Shown: one piece after another, positions 12,685-24,423 of the stretch
Position numbering within the stretch: the first letter of the stretch is position 1
Layout: every line of letters starts with the position of its first letter
NCBI GenBank assembly: GCA_023213395.1
Contig: CM041465.1
Span: 153,271,741 to 153,335,740 of the forward strand
Direction of reading: 5' to 3'
DNA from: Cycas panzhihuaensis
Taxonomy: Eukaryota; Plantae; Cycadophyta
Length of the DNA stretch: 64,000 nucleotides
Notes under the pieces: model-generated
Database searches by the model: none
What the model was told of the DNA's origin: nothing
What the model saw: the letters and a program-made list of their open reading frames with translations, nothing else
Translations under genes and position numbers: made by a program

Positions 12685-15600
12685 TTCTCCTGTATGTGTC
12701 TTCCTATAGGGAATCAACATCACCATTTTACTGAACCGATCAATAACAACAAACAAATAATCTATACCATTTTTGGTTTGTAGTAGTCCTCCCAGGAAAT
12801 CCATGGAGATACTTTCCCATGGCCATGATGGAACAGGAAGTGGAATGTACAATCTAAACTTCCTATTAGCTGGCTTTGATGTGCTACATAATGTACACCC
12901 TCGTACTTCTATAGTCACATCTTGCTGCATATTTGGCTAATACATATATCGTTGCAAGTTTAGCAATGTCTTTCCCACTCCAAAGTGTCCTGCAACTCGA
13001 GAGGTGTGAGCTTCTCTTATCCACTTCATTCAGTCCGCATGCTTTGGAATGTAAAGCTTATCTTACTTGCAAAGAAGTCCATCTTTAAGTTGGAAATCAG
13101 CAACTACTTTTCCTTGCTGTAGCTGCTCAAAGATAGGCTTGAATGCCTCATCTTTCAAATACAAATCAATATATTCATCATGGCAGAAAGGTTGAAATTG
13201 CATAGCTACCAACAAACTAGAAGTACCTTGCTGTTGTGGAGGTCTGGATAGCAAGTCTGCAATCTTATTTGTCGTTCCTTTCTTGTATTTAACCATGACG
13301 TGAAACTATTATAAATAGGACATCCACTTAATGTGCCTAGCCTACTGCAACTTAGACTGAGTCTGTAAAAATTGCAAAGGCTTGTGGTCAGTGTGGATGA
13401 CCACTTCTTTTCCCAATAAATAGGGTCTCCAATATTTCACTGCTTGGTGCAATGCATAGAGCTCCTTATCATAAGTTGGGTAGTTTATGATAGCTCCATT
13501 AAATATCTCTGAATAGTATGCTGTCGGTTTTCCTTCTTGCTTCAATCTCGCCTCCCACTTGATAGCCTCAAGCATCGCCCAATTCAAATGGCTTCTGTAG
13601 TGAGGGTAAAGCTAACACTGCTGCCTCACAGATTTTCTGCTTTAAAAGTCTGAAAGCTTTTTCTTGTTCATTCTCCCAATGAAATTTTACATGTCCTCCC
13701 ATCAGTGCATGAAGAGGTGTTACAATTTGAGAGAATCTAAAAATAAATTTTCTTAAATATTGACATGCACCAATGAAACTTCTTACCTATGTGGTTGTCT
13801 TGGGTGTGGGCCAATTGAGAATGACTTTAATCTTTACTGGGTCAATCTTTAATTCTCCTCCTCCAACCATGAAACCTAAGAAGATGAGAGATTACTTTCC
13901 AAACTCACACTTCTTTAGATTTAGTTTCAACTGCTGCTCTTGGAGAACTTTGAGCATTTGCTCAATATGTTGGAGGTGCTCCTCCTATGTATGGCTAAAA
14001 ATCAGAATATCATCTAGATAAACAATTACAAAGTCATCAATGAAGGGTCTTAATACCTCATTCATCAATCTCATGAAGGTGGCAGGTGCATTACATAGCC
14101 AAAACGGCATCACCAACCATTCAAGCAATCCTTGCTTCGATTTGAAGGCTATCTTCCAAGTATCCTCTTCTCAGATTCAAACATGAAGGTAGCCTGATTT
14201 CAGGTCCATTTTGCTGAAATATCTTGCCGACTGCAGCTGGTCCAACAAGTCATCTATCCGCAGTAAGGGATGTCTATTCTTTATGGTGATCTTGTTCAAA
14301 GCCTGGTAGTCAATGCACATTCTCCATCCTCTATCTTTCTTTGGCACCAAAATAATAGGTGATCCACATGGGGAACAACTCAGCTTAATCACTCCTTGTT
14401 CTAAGAGTTCTTGAATCTACCTCTTAATCTCTTCATTCTCCAAGACTGAGTTTTGATAGAGACTGAGGTTTGGCAAAGGTGAATCAGCAACCAGCTGGAT
14501 TTCATGTTCTATTGCCCTTTTAGGGGGTAGTCCTTTCAGCTCTTGGAATACGTCTTTGTACTTATTCCTTAGGCCTTCAATCTACTGCACTTGCTTCTTA
14601 TCCAAAGGCTCAGATTGAGGACTCTGCTTGCTCGTTTTCTTCCACCTTTGGCTTTATCATCAGCAGCATAAACTTCCTACAAGCATTAATTAATCTTTTC
14701 ACTTGTTGGGAAGATATGAGAGAAATCTTCTTTTGTGGCTTTGATGTATTGATCAGATATGATCTCGCATCCTTGATGAGTCGAATCTTTCTCAGCCTCT
14801 TGTGGTGAACTCCATCTCTATCATAGAGATATGGGCTGCCAAACACAACTTAACAAACATCCAAAGGGACTACTTCACATTCAACTTCATCAATGAACTT
14901 TTCAGAAATTGCAAATTTAAACTTACATTGGTGAGTAACTCAGAACTCTGAATCTTTTTGCAACCATCCAAGAGGATATGGTTTTGGATGTGCATGTATT
15001 TTTAATCCCAGTTTCTTTACCAATACTTCTGAGATTAAATTCTTTTAGCTTCCTCCATCAAAGATGGTATCAACCATGCTTTGCTTCACTTGGATTCTTA
15101 TCATGAAGAGCTCCTATGTAATCTCTGGATCAACTTGCTGATGGTTACTTCCAGGCTCCACATTAGCCATGAGCATCAACTTCTCATTGGCTTCTTCAAT
15201 GCCACAAACATTTTCATCACCTACAGAGCTAAGTAAAGTTTTACCTTTAGTTCTAACTTTACCTTTCCCCCTATTCTTGGGTCATTTCTCTAGGTATAGG
15301 AACCAATAATCTTCTACGCTATGACCCACTTGCTTGCAATGAGTACAAGTGACTTTGATTTGTATGGTATTGGCTTGTTTTATCTTACCAAAACTCCTAA
15401 TGGATTGTTGTCCAACTTTACCTGGAAATCTCATTCCTCGGGCAGGTTTATTGCTACCTTCTAGAGGTGCAAACCTTTTCCTTTCGACAAAAACCTTCTT
15501 GTTCCTCTTTTCTATGGCAATCGCCTTCTTGCTGGCTTCATTGAGCGATTTGACTTCAAACAGTTAAAGTTCTTGCTGAATATACTGGTGTAGTCCTCCA

Positions 15601-17618
15601 ATATATTTTAGCATCATGTCTTTACCCAGCATAGAGATGCCCAACACAATAGCTTGCTTTTAAAATTCTGTTGTATAATCTTGGACATTTTGGCCTCTTT
15701 CCTATCGGTAATATTGCCATTTAATTCTCTATTGCTCTTCATATCCAATAGGATAGAATTACTTCTTTATGAGGATTTTAAATTGTTGCCAAGTGATTTC
15801 ATTTACATTATGGGATTTAAGGTATGCATTCCACCAAACTAATACATGTTTAGACAATTTTAACCTAGCAAAAGTTATTTTCTACTAGTTTTTATACCCA
15901 TAAATGGAAAAATAAGTTTCTAGTTGGTCCAACTAACCATCTAATTTTTCGGCATCCAACGTTCCATCATAGATGGGTAATTCAAGTTTTGCCTCTACCT
16001 TGAATGGATGTGTGAATACTACTAGATTGTTATCTTCTTCATCTTCTTGTTGGTCTTCTACCAGCTCTTCATTTGTTTCCTCTTTCATCGATTCATCTTC
16101 TTCCTTCTTTATGCCTTTGGTTGTTGAAGAAGAGGTTGTAACTAGTTGCGCCACAAGTTGGGTTAGCCTGTTAAGGTTTTGCTCCATTTTCACGAACCTT
16201 TCTTCCATTTTCTATTCCATATCAGCCATCTTCCTTCGCTGTTTTCTTTCTCTCTTAAGAGGTTCAGTTAATGGTTCACCCATTAACAAATATTGATATC
16301 TGGTTTTTATAAAAACTTCTACAATGCAAGTAAGAGGTTTTTTTTTTCCTTTTCTTTATTTTTCTTTTTCTTTAAAATCCCTAAAATCCCAAGGGTTTCA
16401 AGAAACTAGCTCTGATACCAAAATATTGATCTGAATCTTGAATGGGAAAGTGAAAACTTTAACTAATTGAAATAAAATCTAGAATAATTTACATTATTAT
16501 TACATAGAATTGAAAATATTTAAAATTTTCTTACAAAACTCCTTTTGTTTGTGCTCTATTGAGCATGCAAGGGACTACTACAGCATTTTGGGAGAGAGAA
16601 ATTGAGTGCTAGGCACTCCTTGAGCTGCTACTCATTCTCTGGAACCTTCATCTCGAAGTCTGCAAAACTGTTTTTGGTCATTTATTACTAAAAACCCCTT
16701 TTTGGTGAAGAAAAACTAGCTAGCGTCTCTTTCTGGGACTGTTGCTACTGCTCTCTTCTCCACTTGGCTGCAACTACGATCTTCTGGGCTCCTTTACGAT
16801 CCCTGCAACAGGTTTATTCCACTACGTTTCAGTCTTCTTCTCTCCCAACGTAAATTTTCACTTTTTGGAGCCATTCTCTTTCCGGAAAAATGATTTTCTT
16901 AAAGCTTTCCTTGAATCTTACTCCATGCTGCATCTAGGGCTATAGTGTCCTCTTGTCCTTGCTGAAAATCTCTGTTGAAATCCCCTTTATTCCTCTCCAA
17001 AATTTTGCTTAAAAGCGTTTTCATTTGGGATTGTTTTTTCATTTTTCTGTTTTTCAATGGATTCCAAAATGGCTTATTAAATCTTAGAAAAATCCTTTTA
17101 TTTTGGAGTTTTTCCTCTTTAAATGTGTAGAGGACATGTGTGCGTACTCTTTCCTCAAATTTCGTGCTAAGCGGATCCCGTTTGTGCTGCCAAAATCATT
17201 TATGTTTTTCTTATTTTTCTATTTTTTGACTTTTAAGTAGTAGTTGCCTCAGTTACATAAAGACTGTGCATAGCAGTTGACAAAGACTGTAGAAGTGACA
17301 AAGACCGTGATAACACCCACATAGTAGTGACAGCACCTACATAGCACAGAAGAAGGATGATGAGATTTACATAGCACTGCAGAAGCAGTTGACATCAAGA
17401 CTGTAGCAGTTGTAGCACCTTGGTAGCACCTTTTTGCACTTGTAGAAATACATGTTTTACATTTTTTAAGCCTTTTAAAGACATATTTCTACTAAATGAA
17501 GACCATTAAGCCTTTTTAAGGCAATTTTCTACTACATAAAGACCATTTACATGAAAAACAAAGTATTTTAAGAGTATTTAAAGATCTGAAACAGATCAAT
17601 AAGGTACCACAAGTATCA
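12685..17618 (-). mobile_element. CRM-like Ty3/gypsy element: 5' LTR (~16424-17618), PBS (16409-16420), gag-PR-RT-RH and N-terminal INT, decayed
   Basis: LPIYDGTLDAEKLD gag, HPKPYPLGWL after protease, [47 protein letters not shown]; TGGTATCAGAGC on the minus strand; LTR boundaries approximate. Confidence 0.87.
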
Positions 17619-17651
17619 CGTCAGCTTAAACCTACTTAAATTTATTTTTAC

Positions 17652-19670
17652 AGTGACATCTGACAAGCTCTTAGGTTTCCTTGTCTCTAAACAAGGAATC
17701 TAAATAGACCCCAACAAGGTTAAGGCCATTGCTAAGATGCCAACCCCAAGAACCTAATAATAAATCAAGTCATTCTTGGGGAGGTTAGGGTTTTTAAGAT
17801 GTTTCTTGGTGAATTTTATAATAAATGCTAGGCCTTTGAATAACTTACTGAAGAAGGGAGCTCCATTCACCTAGTTTCCTAAGGCCCAAGAGACATTTCA
17901 AGAGATTAATTAGGCTCTTGTATCTACTCCCATGTTGCCTTCTCTCGTCTTCGAATGTCCTTTTATTTTATATACCTTAACAACTAATGAACCCTTGGCA
18001 GCCATGCTAGCCTAAGAAGATCACTCAAAAACTAAGAGAGCCATCTATTTTATTAGTCATATGTTGGTGGCAGTAGAATTGAACTACCTACTAGCTAAAA
18101 AGGAGTGCTTAGCCTTAGTCCACACCACTAAGAAGTTTAGATACTACCTCTTAGGCAATACCACTCACATGATCATCTGATTTGATATGATGAGATACCT
18201 TTTAACCTGGTTAGATTTAACAAGAAGGATAAGCAAATGGGTCATCCTCCTTTAGGAATACAACCTTAAAATTATTAATCAGAAGTCTAGGAAGGGGATG
18301 ATAGTTATGGAACAGTTAGTTGATGCCCTCATCCCTAATTCTCTTAGGGTTCTAGTTAATGATTTATTATTGGATGAGCCCATCCTAGCTCTTTAGCACG
18401 CATCCCCCCATCCATTAGCTGATAGAAAATGGTATACAGATATTATACAATACCTTACTCAATAGCAATACCCTACTAATACCAATGATAAAGTGAAGTC
18501 ACATATTAGGGCTTTTACTTGATAATACTTCCTTATGTAGGACATATTGGATAAGCAGTCCTTTGATGGCATTCTCCTTTTTACTGTAATCCTGAGGAGA
18601 TTGACCAGATTCTCTATGAATTCTATAGTTCCATTTATGGAGGCCACTTTGAAGGCCAATCCATGGCCTAAAGAATCCTTTGCATGGGATACTATTGGCC
18701 ATCCTTATTCAAGGATGCCTATGCCTATGTGTAGTGTTGCAGCAAATGCTAAGAGCATGCCAATGTTATCCACTAGCCTTCTGAGGTGTTACATGTTATC
18801 ATATCCCCCTAGTTGTCTCCTAATGGGGATTAGACTTAATTGGAGCTATTACTCTACCTTCCTTAGTTCAGTATAAATTTATCTTAAATGTAATGAAGTA
18901 CTTCACCAAATGGGATGAATCTATCCCATTGTCTTCTATAATTAGTAAGATGATTACCACCTTTGTGTATCAATATATTATCTATCAATTTGGATTCTAA
19001 GCATTATCATCACAAATAATGGAACTCCATTCTATAATAAAGAGATGGATAAGCTTTATGGAAAATTCAAGATCTCTCATAAGACTTTACCCCTTTATTA
19101 CCCCTAGGCTAATGGCCAAATTGAATCTTTCAATAAAACCCTAATTAATATTCTAAATAAAATCATCACCCAATCTCAAAGAGATTGACATGTTTAACTT
19201 TATTCAGCTTTGTGGGCCTATCGCACCTCGATCCGCACTACCGTGGGGATGACACCTTTCTCCATGGTTTATGAAATTGACATAATTTTGCCTTTAGAAA
19301 TTGATATTCTCTCTTTAAGGGTATCCCTTAAAGAGTTCGTCAATGAGAAATGGTGCCACTAGGCTTGCCTCCTTAACCTCAAGGCTGTGGATGAAAGACG
19401 ATTGGCCATGTACCAAGCTAACCTAACATCCAAGGCTAGGGCACAAAGGATGTATGACAAGCATCTACATCCTCACCCCTTGAATCCCAAGGACCAATTC
19501 CTTAAGCTAGAGTATCTCTATGATTACCTATCAAAATTTGGCCCCAAATAGGTGGGCCCTTTTGTCATTCTTGAGAGCCTCGACACTGGTGCATATAAGA
19601 TAACCAAGTTAGAGGGCCTTGAGTTTGACAAATCTATAAATGACAAGTTTCTAAAAAAAATCTATGGTTT
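17652..19670 (+). pseudogene. Tat-like Ty3/gypsy pol remnant (RT C-terminus, RH, INT)
   Basis: VTSDKLLGFLVS..DPNKVKAI, ERAIYFIS-like RH, ANGQIESFNKTL, ALWAYRTSIRT.VGMTPF, ILPLEI; many stops. Confidence 0.88.
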
Positions 19671-20479
19671 ATTCTTTCTCCTTCTAAGTAGAAAGAAAGC
19701 TAGTCAGTCACTCTAGAATGAGCCTAAACTACCATTCATATACAATAACAAGTGCTCTCATTAGGGCCATGGCATGTATTTGAGTCTCTAATAACTCTAT
19801 TTATTACCAAGATGTCTATGCCTATTTCTGAAGGTGTCATATTTCCCCTCAACAAACATAGCCCTTCTTTTAGCCCATGGGTAGTGGTGAATATGTCACC
19901 ATAGGGGCATGTCTCCATGCTTATGTTTGGTTCCTTCTTTAGGAAGTAACTATTCACTTTTGAGCATAAGTTGCTGCCTATAAAGGGCTTCTTGAGATAG
20001 ACCTTATTTCCTCTTACTACTTTTAGGGTATTTGTATATATTCTTATTCTCTTTGATGTCTAAATCACTATTTTCCTTCTGAGGGAAATGTGACCCCCTC
20101 TCCCTAGATCCACACGAGATTACATAGCATATGGGGTGATCATGTATGCCTAGTATGGGTGCTATACTATACAAAAGGATATGCAAATAAATAAATAACA
20201 TAATAAGATCTATGCACACATGCATTCATACATCCATAACCATCAAAATAAATCAAAAACTTATATTAAAATAGGGTACCAATGTGTTCCCCCATCTCTA
20301 TATATGTACATAATCATCCATGATAATACAAAATGTGTTGGTAGAAAGTGCCCTAGGAAGCCAGAATCCTTACAAGGAGGATGTATAATCATATATATAT
20401 ATATGAAGTATAAAACCCCTTGGAGGTCTGAAGCTTTCCTCTCATTAAAATTGTGATACAAAAGTATACAGGAAGGTTG

Positions 20480-22377
20480 TACTCATGGTGTGTCTCCCTT
20501 GGGCTACCCTACTCTCTCAAGGACCAGGCTCCTCCTATATCTCTATGAGGACCCAACCTTAATCTGCTCTAAGATGGCATAGTTGTGTGTGTGTAGGTAC
20601 GTGAAGACCTGGTTGTTATCTATTAACTAATCGGTCATATCATACTATAACTAGTCTCTCTCCTCTATCACCTTAGTCAATTGATCCTACATCTCTCAGA
20701 GTCAATCGTTGCCCTCATGTGCCCTAAATAAGTGTCCTTAGACTAGGACTACAATCTTCATCTTAGCCCCTAGATCTCCTTGGATCACTCTATCCCTTGC
20801 CTGGTCCTCTAACTCCTACACTCGAGCTCATAGCTCATCCCTCTCTGCATGGAGTTGATCCCTCTCCATTTGTCTTTCCTGGGCCTCCACAAGCCATATA
20901 TCTCTGACTCAAACGATGGGGGCGAAAGCCATTGTGTGGGGTCCTATTAAGCTTAGCTCTTCACTATCTATGATAAGAGGCTAACCCTCCCCATACCTGT
21001 GGGAAGAGCTCAATTATAACTATCCTGATTATCTCCTCTATGACCTCTCCACATACCAATCATGCAAGTCCATGTGTTAGTGTGGAGTATAAATAAAATC
21101 CATAAACATAAATGATAACATTGTAAAGATATCAAATCAAATAACTAAATTGAAAGTTATATTTAGGAAAAGAGAGAGACCTCACCTCCAGGATTAGACA
21201 ATGCCTCTCTAGTTGTTGCCTCTCCAGCTACTGCCTCCTTAGCTCCTAACCCCTCTACTCCTAGCTTCTCATCCCTTGGAGTAGCTGGTGTCTCCTCAAC
21301 TTTTACCTCCTCTACTCTAAGGATCTTTTCTCCTATCATAGCTATAGTTGCCTCTCTTGTAGCCACCAATGCTACCTCTACCTCTGAATCAGTTGCAAGA
21401 GCTCCATGATCCTTCTCCTCTCTTGGCTCTACTATGAGGACCCATGCAACCTCTCCCTACTTTGCATTACTATCTAAATGCATGATGTAATATGTTTGGC
21501 TCACATAGTCATCCACCATTAGCAGGTCTAATGATGTAGCTACTACAGATCTCTTAACCTGTGTTAGCTCTCTGACACCCCTGAAACATGATGGCCATCG
21601 ATGGATGAGAGGATCATTAACTGGTATGGGTTATGGTCTTATTACTAGTCCCACTCCTAAAAAATGATCAAAGAACCAACACTAAAGTAGGGAGTTATAT
21701 GAGAGTCCTCCCCATCCTGCTACCTAGATTTGGTCGAGCTGAGCTGTGAGATTAGCCACTATCAAAGTGACCCAATCAAACCTCTCTTCTACCTTGTATT
21801 GTTTGATGATATCCATCCATCCTCCAAACACATCCCTATAGTTCTGTTTTCAGAAAATTCATAATAGAATAGTAAAGATAATCAGCTTCTTTACATGAGG
21901 AATCCTAAACATCGCTATGGTCCCCAATGACAACCCCCTTTAGTCCAAATGACCCCTACCATAAAACTATATAGTTGCCTCTCTATGTGCTACATATGTG
22001 TTGGGCAAAGTCCCAAACACAATTGTTACTCTACTAGTAGGCACCTCCATGATCCTCCATTCATTGGGGTGATGGTGACATCTCCCACTAGTGAGAGATG
22101 GAACACATGCCTCTATCAATCCCAATGAGAGATGATGTCAACTAAAAGTGCCTAGTCTAAGGCATATTGTAGTCTGCAAACTATCTTGAGAAATCCACAT
22201 TATCTCAATGTTGCCTTATCATGATGATCCATCAACTCTATAATCCTATCATTGATGAACCAATGTTCTTGCAATTTTCCACTATGGTGAGATGCTAAAA
22301 ATCACTAACAAACATTATTAGTCAGTTACTTACCTCCCTACAAGGCTAAGGGCCCTCCTAGTCAACATATCAGTCAT
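20480..22377 (-). pseudogene. Antisense extra ORF of the Tat element: plant mobile domain (PMD, aminotransferase-like) plus acidic linker and coiled-coil tail, probably spliced, decayed
   Basis: Minus translation: ALLVDIISHWD..RHVFHL.LVGDVTITP, FDWVTLIVANL, GGLSYNSLL*CWFFDHF, then EMERDQLHAERDEL coiled coil; candidate introns 22282-22333 and ~21061-21185. Confidence 0.7.
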
Positions 22378-23498
22378 CAAAATTTGATCAAATCTAAATA
22401 TTTTCATATATTCTTTATATTCATCTTCACCCCACTAATATATTCGTAACATTGTAAATATATTAGCAGGTCATACAGGTACTCCATATGCCCCATAGGG
22501 ATATCTGTGGTACCATAAATTCCCCTGTTAAAATAAAATAAGAATAAAATAAAACAAAAAAAAAAATATATATATATATATATATAAAGATGGATAACAC
22601 TTTGTCCATTGGGATTAGGGCCTCCTAAAGCCTTGGTTTAGCCTCTTATGAGCCTTTAATTGGGTCCTGTCAAGCCTCATAGCACCCTAATAGACACTAC
22701 CCAGCATATAAAAGACACTAATAAAAAGATGCAAATAAGTGAGTCATGGTTAAGATCTGAGTACCAGGTCTGGCCTAATTGCTTCCATTACTCAGTTATG
22801 GTCTTAATGGCTTCCTTCGCGTGATGATCAAATGATTAGATCTCCTCTACTAGGCTCATATCAAGGTGGTAAGTTGAGGGTAGTAAGTAGTTTTCTCTCC
22901 AAATCACATAAGGGAGTGTGAAAATGAATTCCTTTTTCACCCCCTCATCCCCTTTTATTCGTGGGACTCCTTGAAGCCCCGCAACCTTCACCCATTTCGA
23001 CGGAGTCATTAGGATCACATCCTTGGGCTCATCCTTGTTCTATTCAGGGTCCCTACCCTTTTAGGCTCCTAGATGCCCATTTTTCTCAACTTTTCTAGCA
23101 TTTATAGCACCCCTTTTGTATCCTTTGGGAGTCCTTTCTACCTTATTTTGTGCTACATAAAACACTATCCATGTTTATACTTCATGGGCTCGTTTTGGCA
23201 AGTCAACTCTACTTTTCATATCTATTTTGGCTCATTTTGCTCCTAATGGTATCCAATCCCTAAGTCGAGCCCTTGGTTGGCTTTGAACCTACCTTAGATC
23301 CTCGACATTAAGTTTGTTCTTACCTTTTCTCCTTCCCTTTTATAGGGTAGGCCCTCTATAAGCTTAACAACCTGGCTATAGGTCTCTCCTATCCTTTCTT
23401 GATTAGCCTTTTGAGTAATTATGATTTTTTTCAAGACTTATTATCCTTTATTGAGCATCTCCCTTCTTTTTATTAAGTTCCTTGTTATTTCCCTAATC

Positions 23499-23900
23499 AT
23501 GGCACTACTCATCTTCATGGATGGTGGTAGTCATGGTAACTTAGGACCTTCTGCTACAACTTGTATCATTTGTGATCCATCTGGGCATGATTTCATATGT
23601 TCGAATATTTATCTGCTTGAGGCCATGAACAACAATGTAGAGTATACATCAGCTATAGAAGCCCTAACCAATGCACTTTGCATCCATCGTAGTCCTATCA
23701 TCCTACATTGTGACTCTCAGATCATAATATCCCAGTTGACCTAAACCTATTGGGTCCTCTGCCCTCAGTTAAGATCCCTTGCTTCAACTACTAGGTCTCT
23801 TCTGTCTTACTTCTCCATGGTTGATATTTGATATATCCCTTGTGATTAGAATGTCGAGGCTAATAGTCTAGTTTACCTTATTCTTAAGTGTCATCTCTAG
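23499..23900 (+). pseudogene. Stand-alone archaeal-type RNase HI (aRH) ORF, decayed
   Basis: IFMDGGSHGNLGPSA...NNNVEYTSAIEAL...HCDSQIIISQL...YIP...NVEANSL matches the DGxSxGNPG / TNNxAEY / GDSxLV / NxxADxL RNase HI pattern. Confidence 0.85.
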
Positions 23901-24423
23901 CTCCTAAATGGCTCCTTATAGGTTTAATAGGTTGCCCTTTAGAAACCCTTCAATGGTGACCCCTCCCCCAACCTCTACTCCTTATTTACCTCTAAATGGT
24001 AGCTGCTAATGAGGCTAAACTATGGTGACCAAAACCCTTTTTTATTTGATTTGAACTCTATCTTAGAGTGATAAAGCATCCCTTAATCCTCCTTAGTTTC
24101 CTCTTTAGGTTTCAAACCTACTATATTTTCTAGGGTTATGATACCTATTTAGGGGTGCCACTAAAGGGCATCCCCCTTAGGTCATCCCTTTTCTTTATCT
24201 TCTATGGCATGTGCTTTGGGTCTAGGGTCCCACACTTAGAGGTTTGATTGAACCATGAGCTTGTCTCCTCCCCCAGCATATGTCCTCCATACATCCCTTA
24301 TAGCACTTATAGTGCCCTTTGGTTACCTACATACCTGCCTACTAGTTATCACTACTATTGATAACATGTATGTTGGCAACTTTCACCATTGCCCAATGCT
24401 CCAAAGTGATGAGGTTTTGATGC

